DNA from: Squalus acanthias
Lineage: Eukaryota
Direction: 5' to 3'
DNA: 64,000 nucleotides
Assembly: GCA_030390025.1 (NCBI GenBank)
Contig: JASTWF010000034.1
Span: 5,208,001 to 5,272,000 of the forward strand
The notes under the pieces were generated by a model, which ran no database searches, was not told where the DNA came from, and worked only from the letters and a program-made list of their open reading frames with translations. How positions within the stretch are numbered: the first letter of the stretch is position 1; every line of letters begins with the position of its first letter. The position numbers and the translations under genes were made by a program. Shown in pieces: positions 1 to 15,000 of the stretch.

Positions 1-3000
1 AAATTGGGTATGATAACCAATACACAGGGTAAAACTGTCACAGTTAATTGTTAAATTGGGTATGATAACCAAATACACAGGGTAAAACTGTCAGTTAATT
101 GTTAATTGGGTATGATAACCAATACACAGGGTAAAACTGTCAGTTAATTGTTAAATTGGGTATGATAACCAATACACAGGGTAAAACTGTCAGTTAATTG
201 TTAAATTGGTATGATAACCAATACACAGGGTAAAACTAAAACTAGTTTAATTGTTAAATTGGGTTATGATAACAATACACAGGTAAAACTGTCACAGTTA
301 ATTGTAAATTGGGTATGATAACCAATACACAGGGTAAAACTGTCACAGTTAATTGTAAATTGGGTATGATAACCAATACACAGAGTAAAACTGTCACAGT
401 TAATTGTTAAATTGGGTATGATAACCAATACACAGGGTAAAACTGTCACAGTTAATTGTTAAATTGGGTATGATAACCAATACACAGGGTAAAACTGTCA
501 GTTAATTGTTAAATTGGGTATGATAACCAATACACAGGGTAAAACTGTCAGTTAATTGTTAAATTGGTATGATAACCAATACACAGGGTAAAACTGTCAC
601 AGTTAATTGTTAAATTGGGTATGATAACCAATACACAGGGTAAAACTGTCAGTTAATTGTTAAATTGGTATGATAACCAATACACAGGGTAAAACTGTCA
701 CAGTTAATTGTTAAATTGGGTATGATAACCAATACACAGGGTAAAACTGTCACAGTTAATGTTAAATTGGGTATGATAACCAATACACAGGGTAAAACTG
801 TCACAGTTAATTGTTAAATTGGGTATGATAACCAATACACAGGGTAAAACTGTCAGTTAATTGTTAAATTGGGTATGATAACCAATACACAGGGTAAAAC
901 TGTCAGTTAATTGTTAAATTGGGTATGATAACCAATACACAGGGTAAAACTGACAGTTAATTGTTAAATTGGGTATGATAACCAATACACAGGGTAAAAC
1001 TGTCAGTTAATTGTTAAATTGGGTATGATAACCAATACACAGGGTAAAACTGTCACAGTTAATTGTTAAATTGGGTATGATAACCAATACACAGGGTAAA
1101 ACTGTCACAGTTAATTGTTAAATTGGGTATGATAACCAATACACAGGGTAAAACTGTCACAGTTAATTGTTAAATTGGGTATGATAACCAATACACAGGG
1201 TAAAACTGTCACAGTTAATTGTTAAATTGGGTATGATAACCAATACACAGGGTAAAACTGTCACAGTTAATTGTTAAATGGGTATGATAACCAATACACA
1301 GGTAAAACTGTCAGTTAATTGTTAAATTGGGTATGATAACCAATACACAGGGTAAAACTGTCACAGTTAATTGTTAAATTGGGTATGATAACCAATACAC
1401 AGGGTAAAACTGTCACAGTTAATTGTTAAATTGGGTATGATAACCAATACACAGGGTAAAACTGTCACAGTTAATTGTTAAATTGGGTATGATAACCAAT
1501 ACACAGGGTAAAACTGTCACAGTTAATTGTTAAATTGGGTATGATAACCAATACACAGGGTAAAACTGTCACAGTTAATTGTTAAATTGGGTATGATAAC
1601 CAATACACAGGGTAAAACTGTCACAGTTAATTGTTAAATTGGGTATGATAACCAATACACAGGGTAAAACTGTCAGTTAATTGTTAAATTGGGTATGATA
1701 ACCAATACACAGGGTAAAACTGTCACAGTTAATTGTTAAATTGGGTATGATAACCAATACACAGGGTAAAACTGTCAGTTAATTGTTAAATTGGGTATGA
1801 TAACCAATACACAGGGTAAAACTGTCAGTTAATTGTTAAATTGGGTATGATAACCAATACACAGGGTAAAACTGTCACAGTTAATTGTTAAATTGGGTAT
1901 GATAACCAATACACAGGGTAAAACTGTCACAGTTAATTGTTAAATTGGGTATGATAACCAATACACAGGGTAAAACTGTCACAGTTAATTGTTAAATTGG
2001 GTATGATAACCAATACACAGGGTAAAACTGTCACAGTTAATTGTTAAATTGGGTATGATAACCAATACACAGGGTAAAACTGTCAGTTAATTGTTAAATT
2101 GGGTATGATAACCAATACACAGGGTAAAACTGTCACAGTTAATTGTTAAATTGGGTATGATAACCAATACACAGGGTAAAACTGTCAGTTAATTGTTAAA
2201 TTGGGTATGATAACCAATACACAGGGTAAAACTGTCACAGTTAATTGTTAAATTGGGTATGATAACCAATACACAGGGTAAAACTGTCACAGTTAATTGT
2301 TAAATTGGGTATGATAACCAATACACAGGGTAAAACTGTCACAGTTAATTGTTAAATTGGGTATGATAACCAATACACAGGGTAAAACTGTCAGTTAATT
2401 GTTAAATTGGGTATGATAACCAATACACAGGGTAAAACTGTCACAGTTAATTGTTAAATTGGGTATGATAACCAATACACAGGGTAAAACTGTCACAGTT
2501 AATTGTTAAATTGGGTATGATAACCAATACACAGGGTAAAACTGTCACAGTTAATTGTTAAATTGGGTATGATAACCAATACACAGGGTAAAACTGTCAG
2601 TTAATTGTTAAATTGGGTATGATAACCAATACACAGGTAAAACTGTCACTGTTAATTGTTAAATTGGTAATGATAACCAATACACAGGGTAAAACTGTCA
2701 CAGTTAATTGTTAAATTGGGTATGATAACCAATACACAGGGTAAAACTGTCAGTTAATTGTTAAATTGGGTATGATAACCAATACACAGGGTAAAACTGT
2801 CACAGTTAATTGTTAAATTGGGTATGATAACCAATACACAGGGTAAAACTGTCACAGTTAATTGTTAAATTGGGTATGATAACCAATACACAGGGTAAAA
2901 CTGTCAGTTAATTGTTAAATTGGGTATGATAACCAATACACAGGGTAAAACTGTCACAGTTAATTGTTAAATTGGGTATGATAACCAATACACAGGGTAA

Positions 3001-6000
3001 AACTGTCACAGTTAATTGTTAAATTGGGTATGATAACCAATACACAGGGTAAAACTGTCAGTTAATTGTTAAATTGGGTATGATAACCAATACACAGGGT
3101 AAAACTGTCACAGTTAATTGTTAAATTGGGTATGATAACCAATACACAGGGTAAAACTGTCACAGTTAATTGTTAAATTGGGTATGATAACCAATACACA
3201 GGGTAAAACTGTCACAGTTAATTGTTAAATTGGGTATGATAACCAATACACAGGGTAAAACTGTCACAGTTAATTGTTAAATTGGGTATGATAACCAATA
3301 CACAGGGTAAAACTGTCACAGTTAATTGTTAAATTGGGTATGATAACCAATACACAGGGTAAAACTGTCACAGTTAATTGTTAAATTGGGTATGATAACC
3401 AATACACAGGGTAAAACTGTCACAGTTAATTGTTAAATTGGGTATGATAACCAATACACAGGGTAAAACTGTCACAGTTAATTGTTAAATTGGGTATGAT
3501 AACCAATACACAGGGTAAAACTGTCACAGTTAATTGTTAAATTGGGTATGATAACCAATACACAGGGTAAAACTGTCACAGTTAATTGTTAAATTGGGTA
3601 TGATAACCAATACACAGGGTAAAACTGTCACAGTTAATTGTTAAATTGGGTATGATAACCAATACACAGGGTAAAACTGTCACAGTTAATTGTTAAATTG
3701 GGTATGATAACCAATACACAGGGTAAAACTGTCACAGTTAATTGTTAAATTGGGTATGATAACCAATACACAGGGTAAAACTGTCACAGTTAATTGTTAA
3801 ATTGGGTATGATAACCAATACACAGGGTAAAACTGTCACAGTTAATTGTTAAATTGGGTATGATAACCAATACACAGGGTAAAACTGTCACAGTTAATTG
3901 TTAAATTGGGTATGATAACCAATACACAGGGTAAAACTGTCACAGTTAATTGTTAAATTGGGTATGATAACCAATACACAGGGTAAAACTGTCAGTTAAT
4001 TGTTAAATTGGGTATGATAACCAATACACAGGGTAAAACTGTCACAGTTAATTGTTAAATTGGGTATGATAACCAATACACAGGGTAAAACTGTCACAGT
4101 TAATTGTTAAATTGGGTATGATAACCAATACACAGGGTAAAACTGTCACAGTTAATTGTTAAATTGGGTATGATAACCAATACACAGGGTAAAACTGTCA
4201 CAGTTAATTGTTAAATTGGGTATGATAACCAATACACAGGGTAAAACTGTCACAGTTAATTGTTAAATTGGGTATGATAACCAATACACAGGGTAAAACT
4301 GTCACAGTTAATTGTTAAATTGGGTATGATAACCAATACACAGGGTAAAACTGTCACAGTTAATTGTTAAATTGGGTATGATAACCAATACACAGGGTAA
4401 AACTGTCACAGTTAATTGTTAAATTGGGTATGATAACCAATACACAGGGTAAAACTGTCACAGTTAATTGTTAAATTGGGTATGATAACCAATACACAGG
4501 GTAAAACTGTCACAGTTAATTGTTAAATTGGGTATGATAACCAATACACAGGGTAAAACTGTCAGTTAATTGTTAAATTGGGTATGATAACCAATACACA
4601 GGGTAAAACTGTCACAGTTAATTGTTAAATTGGGTATGATAACCAATACACAGGGTAAAACTGTCACAGTTAATTGTTAAATTGGGTATGATAACCAATA
4701 CACAGGGTAAAACTGTCACAGTTAATTGTTAAATTGGGTATGATAACCAATACACAGGGTAAAACTGTCACAGTTAATTGTTAAATTGGGTATGATAACC
4801 AATACACAGGGTAAAACTGTCACAGTTAATTGTTAAATTGGGTATGATAACCAATACACAGGGTAAAACTGTCACAGTTAATTGTTAAATTGGGTATGAT
4901 AACCAATACACAGGGTAAAACTGTCACAGTTAATTGTTAAATTGGGTATGATAACCAATACACAGGGTAAAACTGTCACAGTTAATTGTTAAATTGGGTA
5001 TGATAACCAATACACAGGGTAAAACTGTCACAGTTAATTGTTAAATTGGGTATGATAACCAATACACAGGGTAAAACTGTCACAGTTAATTGTTAAATTG
5101 GGTATGATAACCAATACACAGGGTAAAACTGTCAGTTAATTGTTAAATTGGGTATGATAACCAATACACAGGGTAAAACTGTCAGTTAATTGTTAAATTG
5201 GGTATGATAACCAATACACAGGGTAAAACTGTCACAGTTAATTGTTAAATTGGGTATGATAACCAATACACAGGGTAAAACTGTTAATTTTTAATTGGGT
5301 ATGATAACCAATACACAGGGTAAAACTGTCACAGTTAATTGTTAAATTGGGTATGATAACCAATACACAGGGTAAAACTGTCACAGTTAATTGTTAAATT
5401 GGGTATGATAACCAATACACAGGGTAAAACTGTCACAGTTAATTGTTAAATTGGGTATGATAACCAATACACAGGGTAAAACTGTCACAGTTAATTGTTA
5501 AATTGGGTATGATAACCAATACACAGGGTAAAACTGTCACAGTTAATTGTTAAATTGGGTATGATAACCAATACACAGGGTAAAACTGTCAGTTAATTGT
5601 TAAATTGGGTATGATAACCAATACACAGGGTAAAACTGTCACAGTTAATTGTTAAATTGGGTATGATAACCAATACACAGGGTAAAACTGTCACAGTTAA
5701 TTGTTAAATTGGGTATGATAACCAATACACAGGGTAAAACTGTCAGTTAATTGTTAAATTGGGTATGATAACCAATACACAGGGTAAAACTGTCACAGTT
5801 AATTGTTAAATTGGGTATGATAACCAATACACAGGGTAAAACTGTCACAGTTAATTGTTAAATTGGGTATGATAACCAATACACAGGGTAAAACTGTCAG
5901 TTAATTGTTAAATTGGGTATGATAACCAATACACAGGGTAAAACTGTCACAGTTAATTGTTAAATTGGGTATGATAACCAATACACAGGGTAAAACTGTC

Positions 6001-9000
6001 AGTTAATTGTTAAATTGGGTATGATAACCAATACACAGGGTAAAACTGTCACAGTTAATTGTTAAATTGGGTATGATAACCAATACACAGGGTAAAACTG
6101 TCACAGTTAATTGTTAAATTGGGTATGATAACCAATACACAGGGTAAAACTGTCACAGTTAATTGTTAAATTGGGTATGATAACCAATACACAGGGTAAA
6201 ACTGTCACAGTTAATTGTTAAATTGGGTATGATAACCAATACACAGGGTAAAACTGTCACAGTTAATTGTTAAATTGGGTATGATAACCAATACACAGGG
6301 TAAAACTGTCAGTTAATTGTTAAATTGGGTATGATAACCAATACACAGGGTAAAACTGTCACAGTTAATTGTTAAATTGGGTATGATAACCAATACACAG
6401 GGTAAAACTGTCACAGTTAATTGTTAAATTGGGTATGATAACCAATACACAGGGTAAAACTGTCACAGTTAATTGTTAAATTGGGTATGATAACCAATAC
6501 ACAGGGTAAAACTGTCAGTTAATTGTTAAATTGGGTATGATAACCAATACACAGGGTAAAACTGTCACAGTTAATTGTTAAATTGGGTATGATAACCAAT
6601 ACACAGGGTAAAACTGTCACAGTTAATTGTTAAATTGGGTATGATAACCAATACACAGGGTAAAACTGTCACAGTTAATTGTTAAATTGGGTATGATAAC
6701 CAATACACAGGGTAAAACTGTCACAGTTAATTGTTAAATTGGGTATGATAACCAATACACAGGGTAAAACTGTCACAGTTAATTGTTAAATTGGGTATGA
6801 TAACCAATACACAGGGTAAAACTGTCACAGTTAATTGTTAAATTGGGTATGATAACCAATACACAGGGTAAAACTGTCACAGTTAATTGTTAAATTGGGT
6901 ATGATAACCAATACACAGGGTAAAACTGTCACAGTTAATTGTTAAATTGGGTATGATAACCAATACACAGGGTAAAACTGTCACAGTTAATTGTTAAATT
7001 GGGTATGATAACCAATACACAGGGTAAAACTGTCACAGTTAATTGTTAAATTGGGTATGATAACCAATACACAGGGTAAAACTGTCACAGTTAATTGTTA
7101 AATTGGGTATGATAACCAATACACAGGGTAAAACTGTCAGTTAATTGTTAAATTGGGTATGATAACCAATACACAGGGTAAAACTGTCACAGTTAATTGT
7201 TAAATTGGGTATGATAACCAATACACAGGGTAAAACTGTCAGTTAATTGTTAAATTGGGTATGATAACCAATACACAGGGTAAAACTGTCACAGTTAATT
7301 GTTAAATTGGGTATGATAACCAATACACAGGGTAAAACTGTCACAGTTAATTGTTAAATTGGGTATGATAACCAATACACAGGGTAAAACTGTCAGTTAA
7401 TTGTTAAATTGGGTATGATAACCAATACACAGGGTAAAACTGTCAGTTAATTGTTAAATTGGGTATGATAACCAATACACAGGGTAAAACTGTCACAGTT
7501 AATTGTTAAATTGGGTATGATAACCAATACACAGGGTAAAACTGTCACAGTTAATTGTTAAATTGGGTATGATAACCAATACACAGGGTAAAACTGTCAC
7601 AGTTAATTGTTAAATTGGGTATGATAACCAATACACAGGGTAAAACTGTCACAGTTAATTGTTAAATTGGGTATGATAACCAATACACAGGGTAAAACTG
7701 TCACAGTTAATTGTTAAATTGGGTATGATAACCAATACACAGGGTAAAACTGTCACAGTTAATTGTTAAATTGGGTATGATAACCAATACACAGGGTAAA
7801 ACTGTCACAGTTAATTGTTAAATTGGGTATGATAACCAATACACAGGGTAAAACTGTCACAGTTAATTGTTAAATTGGGTATGATAACCAATACACAGGG
7901 TAAAACTGTCACAGTTAATTGTTAAATTGGGTATGATAACCAATACACAGGGTAAAACTGTCACAGTTAATTGTTAAATTGGGTATGATAACCAATACAC
8001 AGGGTAAAACTGTCACAGTTAATTGTTAAATTGGGTATGATAACCAATACACAGGGTAAAACTGTCACAGTTAATTGTTAAATTGGGTATGATAACCAAT
8101 ACACAGGGTAAAACTGTCACAGTTAATTGTTAAATTGGGTATGATAACCAATACACAGGGTAAAACTGTCACAGTTAATTGTTAAATTGGGTATGATAAC
8201 CAATACACAGGTAAAACTGTCACAGTTAATTGTTAAATTGGGTATGATAACCAATACACAGGGTAAAACTGTCACAGTTAATTGTTAAATTGGGTATGAT
8301 AACCAATACACAGGGTAAAACTGTCAGTTAATTGTTAAATTGGGTATGATAACCAATACACAGGGTAAAACTGTCACAGTTAATTGTTAAATTGGGTATG
8401 ATAACCAATACACAGGGTAAAACTGTCAGTTAATTGTTAAATTGGGTATGATAACCAATACACAGGGTAAAACTGTCACAGTTAATTGTTAAATTGGGTA
8501 TGATAACCAATACACAGGGTAAAACTGTCACAGTTAATTGTTAAATTGGGTATGATAACCAATACACAGGGTAAAACTGTCAGTTAATTGTTAAATTGGG
8601 TATGATAACCAATACACAGGGTAAAACTGTCACAGTTAATTGTTAAATTGGGTATGATAACCAATACACAGGGTAAAACTGTCACAGTTAATTGTTAAAT
8701 TGGGTATGATAACCAATACACAGGGTAAAACTGTCACAGTTAATTGTTAAATTGGGTATGATAACCAATACACAGGGTAAAACTGTCAGTTAATTGTTAA
8801 ATTGGGTATGATAACCAATACACAGGGTAAAACTGTCACAGTTAATTGTTAAATTGGGTATGATAACCAATACACAGGGTAAAACTGTCACAGTTAATTG
8901 TTAAATTGGGTATGATAACCAATACACAGGGTAAAACTGTCACAGTTAATTGTTAAATTGGGTATGATAACCAATACACAGGGTAAAACTGTCACAGTTA

Positions 9001-12000
9001 ATTGTTAAATTGGGTATGATAACCAATACACAGGGTAAAACTGTCAGTTAATTGTTAAATTGGGTATGATAACCAATACACAAAAACTGTCACAGTTAAA
9101 AATTGGGTATGATAACCAATACACAGGGTAAAACTGTCACAGTTAATTGTTAAATTGGGTATGATAACCAATACACAGGGTAAAACTGTCACAGTTAATT
9201 GTTAAATTGGGTATGATAACCAATACACAGGGTAAAACTGTCACAGTTAATTGTTAAATTGGGTATGATAACCAATACACAGGGTAAAACTGTCACAGTT
9301 AATTGTTAAATTGGGTATGATAACCAATACACAGGGTAAAACTGTCACAGTTAATTGTTAAATTGGGTATGATAACCAATACACAGGGTAAAACTGTCAC
9401 AGTTAATTGTTAAATTGGGTATGATAACCAATACACAGGGTAAAACTGTCACAGTTAATTGTTAAATTGGGTATGATAACCAATACACAGGGTAAAACTG
9501 TCACAGTTAATTGTTAAATTGGGTATGATAACCAATACACAGGGTAAAACTGTCACAGTTAATTGTTAAATTGGGTATGATAACCAATACACAGGGTAAA
9601 ACTGTCAGTTAATTGTTAAATTGGGTATGATAACCAATACACAGGGTAAAACTGTCACAGTTAATTGTTAAATTGGGTATGATAACCAATACACAGGGTA
9701 AAACTGTCAGTTAATTGTTAAATTGGGTATGATAACCAATACACAGGGTAAAACTGTCACAGTTAATTGTTAAATTGGGTATGATAACCAATACACAGGG
9801 TAAAACTGTCACAGTTAATTGTTAAATTGGGTATGATAACCAATACACAGGGTAAAACTGTCACAGTTAATTGTTAAATTGGGTATGATAACCAATACAC
9901 AGGGTAAAACTGTCACAGTTAATTGTTAAATTGGGTATGATAACCAATACACAGGGTAAAACTGTCACAGTTAATTGTTAAATTGGGTATGATAACCAAT
10001 ACACAGGGTAAAACTGTCACAGTTAATTGTTAAATTGGGTATGATAACCAATACACAGGGTAAAACTGTCACAGTTAATTGTTAAATTGGGTATGATAAC
10101 CAATACACAGGGTAAAACTGTCACAGTTAATTGTTAAATTGGGTATGATAACCAATACACAGGGTAAAACTGTCACAGTTAATTGTTAAATTGGGTATGA
10201 TAACCAATACACAGGGTAAAACTGTCACAGTTAATTGTTAAATTGGGTATGATAACCAATACACAGGGTAAAACTGTCACAGTTAATTGTTAAATTGGGT
10301 ATGATAACCAATACACAGGGTAAAACTGTCACAGTTAATTGTTAAATTGGGTATGATAACCAATACACAGGGTAAAACTGTCACAGTTAATTGTTAAATT
10401 GGGTATGATAACCAATACACAGGGTAAAACTGTCAGTTAATTGTTAAATTGGGTATGATAACCAATACACAGGGTAAAACTGTCACAGTTAATTGTTAAA
10501 TTGGGTATGATAACCAATACACAGGGTAAAACTGTCACAGTTAATTGTTAAATTGGGTATGATAACCAATACACAGGGTAAAACTGTCACAGTTAATTGT
10601 TAAATTGGGTATGATAACCAATACACAGGGTAAAACTGTCACAGTTAATTGTTAAATTGGGTATGATAACCAATACACAGGGTAAAACTGTCACAGTTAA
10701 TTGTTAAATTGGGTATGATAACCAATACACAGGGTAAAACTGTCACAGTTAATTGTTAAATTGGGTATGATAACCAATACACAGGGTAAAACTGTCACAG
10801 TTAATTGTTAAATTGGGTATGATAACCAATACACAGGGTAAAACTGTCACAGTTAATTGTTAAATTGGGTATGATAACCAATACACAGGGTAAAACTGTC
10901 ACAGTTAATTGTTAAATTGGGTATGATAACCAATACACAGGGTAAAACTGTCACAGTTAATTGTTAAATTGGGTATGATAACCAATACACAGGGTAAAAC
11001 TGTCACAGTTAATTGTTAAATTGGGTATGATAACCAATACACAGGGTAAAACTGTCAGTTAATTGTTAAATTGGGTATGATAACCAATACACAGGGTAAA
11101 ACTGTCACAGTTAATTGTTAAATTGGGTATGATAACCAATACACAGGGTAAAACTGTCACAGTTAATTGTTAAATTGGGTATGATAACCAATACACAGGG
11201 TAAAACTGTCACAGTTAATTGTTAAATTGGGTATGATAACCAATACACAGGGTAAAACTGTCACAGTTAATTGTTAAATTGGGTATGATAACCAATACAC
11301 AGGGTAAAACTGTCACAGTTAATTGTTAAATTGGGTATGATAACCAATACACAGGGTAAAACTGTCACAGTTAATTGTTAAATTGGGTATGATAACCAAT
11401 ACACAGGGTAAAACTGTCACAGTTAATTGTTAAATTGGGTATGATAACCAATACACAGGGTAAAACTGTCACAGTTAATTGTTAAATTGGGTATGATAAC
11501 CAATACACAGGGTAAAACTGTCACAGTTAATTGTTAAATTGGGTATGATAACCAATACACAGGGTAAAACTGTCACAGTTAATTGTTAAATTGGGTATGA
11601 TAACCAATACACAGGGTAAAACTGTCACAGTTAATTGTTAAATTGGGTATGATAACCAATACACAGGGTAAAACTGTCACAGTTAATTGTTAAATTGGGT
11701 ATGATAACCAATACACAGGGTAAAACTGTCACAGTTAATTGTTAAATTGGGTATGATAACCAATACACAGGGTAAAACTGTCACAGTTAATTGTTAAATT
11801 GGGTATGATAACCAATACACAGGGTAAAACTGTCACAGTTAATTGTTAAATTGGGTATGATAACCAATACACAGGGTAAAACTGTCACAGTTAATTGTTA
11901 AATTGGGTATGATAACCAATACACAGGGTAAAACTGTCACAGTTAATTGTTAAATTGGGTATGATAACCAATACACAGGGTAAAACTGTCACAGTTAATT

Positions 12001-15000
12001 GTTAAATTGGGTATGATAACCAATACACAGGGTAAAACTGTCACAGTTAATTGTTAAATTGGGTATGATAACCAATACACAGGGTAAAACTGTCACAGTT
12101 AATTGTTAAATTGGGTATGATAACCAATACACAGGGTAAAACTGTCACAGTTAATTGTTAAATTGGGTATGATAACCAATACACAGGGTAAAACTGTCAC
12201 AGTTAATTGTTAAATTGGGTATGATAACCAATACACAGGGTAAAACTGTCACAGTTAATTGTTAAATTGGGTATGATAACCAATACACAGGGTAAAACTG
12301 TCACAGTTAATTGTTAAATTGGGTATGATAACCAATACACAGGGTAAAACTGTCACAGTTAATTGTTAAATTGGGTATGATAACCAATACACAGGGTAAA
12401 ACTGTCACAGTTAATTGTTAAATTGGGTATGATAACCAATACACAGGGTAAAACTGTCACAGTTAATTGTTAAATTGGGTATGATAACCAATACACAGGG
12501 TAAAACTGTCACAGTTAATTGTTAAATTGGGTATGATAACCAATACACAGGGTAAAACTGTCACAGTTAATTGTTAAATTGGGTATGATAACCAATACAC
12601 AGGGTAAAACTGTCACAGTTAATTGTTAAATTGGGTATGATAACCAATACACAGGGTAAAACTGTCACAGTTAATTGTTAAATTGGGTATGATAACCAAT
12701 ACACAGGGTAAAACTGTCACAGTTAATTGTTAAATTGGGTATGATAACCAATACACAGGGTAAAACTGTCACAGTTAATTGTTAAATTGGGTATGATAAC
12801 CAATACACAGGGTAAAACTGTCACAGTTAATTGTTAAATTGGGTATGATAACCAATACACAGGGTAAAACTGTCACAGTTAATTGTTAAATTGGGTATGA
12901 TAACCAATACACAGGGTAAAACTGTCACAGTTAATTGTTAAATTGGGTATGATAACCAATACACAGGGTAAAACTGTCACAGTTAATTGTTAAATTGGGT
13001 ATGATAACCAATACACAGGGTAAAACTGTCACAGTTAATTGTTAAATTGGGTATGATAACCAATACACAGGGTAAAACTGTCACAGTTAATTGTTAAATT
13101 GGGTATGATAACCAATACACAGGGTAAAACTGTCACAGTTAATTGTTAAATTGGGTATGATAACCAATACACAGGGTAAAACTGTCACAGTTAATTGTTA
13201 AATTGGGTATGATAACCAATACACAGGGTAAAACTGTCAGTTAATTGTTAAATTGGGTATGATAACCAATACACAGGGTAAAACTGTCAGTTAATTGTTA
13301 AATTGGGTATGATAACCAATACACAGGGTAAAACTGTCACAGTTAATTGTTAAATTGGGTATGATAACCAATACACAGGGTAAAACTGTCACAGTTAATT
13401 GTTAAATTGGGTATGATAACCAATACACAGGGTAAAACTGTCACAGTTAATTGTTAAATTGGGTATGATAACCAATACACAGGGTAAAACTGTCACAGTT
13501 AATTGTTAAATTGGGTATGATAACCAATACACAGGGTAAAACTGTCACAGTTAATTGTTAAATTGGGTATGATAACCAATACACAGGGTAAAACTGTCAC
13601 AGTTAATTGTTAAATTGGGTATGATAACCAATACACAGGGTAAAACTGTCACAGTTAATTGTTAAATTGGGTATGATAACCAATACACAGGGTAAAACTG
13701 TCACAGTTAATTGTTAAATTGGGTATGATAACCAATACACAGGGTAAAACTGTCACAGTTAATTGTTAAATTGGGTATGATAACCAATACACAGGGTAAA
13801 ACTGTCACAGTTAATTGTTAAATTGGGTATGATAACCAATACACAGGGTAAAACTGTCACAGTTAATTGTTAAATTGGGTATGATAACCAATACACAGGG
13901 TAAAACTGTCACAGTTAATTGTTAAATTGGGTATGATAACCAATACACAGGGTAAAACTGTCACAGTTAATTGTTAAATTGGGTATGATAACCAATACAC
14001 AGGGTAAAACTGTCACAGTTAATTGTTAAATTGGGTATGATAACCAATACACAGGGTAAAACTGTCAGTTAATTGTTAAATTGGGTATGATAACCAATAC
14101 ACAGGGTAAAACTGTCACAGTTAATTGTTAAATTGGGTATGATAACCAATACACAGGGTAAAACTGTCACAGTTAATTGTTAAATTGGGTATGATAACCA
14201 ATACACAGGGTAAAACTGTCACAGTTAATTGTTAAATTGGGTATGATAACCAATACACAGGGTAAAACTGTCACAGTTAATTGTTAAATTGGGTATGATA
14301 ACCAATACACAGGGTAAAACTGTCACAGTTAATTGTTAAATTGGGTATGATAACCAATACACAGGGTAAAACTGTCACAGTTAATTGTTAAATTGGGTAT
14401 GATAACCAATACACAGGGTAAAACTGTCACAGTTAATTGTTAAATTGGGTATGATAACCAATACACAGGGTAAAACTGTCACAGTTAATTGTTAAATTGG
14501 GTATGATAACCAATACACAGGGTAAAACTGTCACAGTTAATTGTTAAATTGGGTATGATAACCAATACACAGGGTAAAACTGTCACAGTTAATTGTTAAA
14601 TTGGGTATGATAACCAATACACAGGGTAAAACTGTCACAGTTAATTGTTAAATTGGGTATGATAACCAATACACAGGGTAAAACTGTCACAGTTAATTGT
14701 TAAATTGGGTATGATAACCAATACACAGGGTAAAACTGTCACAGTTAATTGTTAAATTGGGTATGATAACCAATACACAGGGTAAAACTGTCACAGTTAA
14801 TTGTTAAATTGGGTATGATAACCAATACACAGGGTAAAACTGTCACAGTTAATTGTTAAATTGGGTATGATAACCAATACACAGGGTAAAACTGTCACAG
14901 TTAATTGTTAAATTGGGTATGATAACCAATACACAGGGTAAAACTGTCACAGTTAATTGTTAAATTGGGTATGATAACCAATACACAGGGTAAAACTGTC

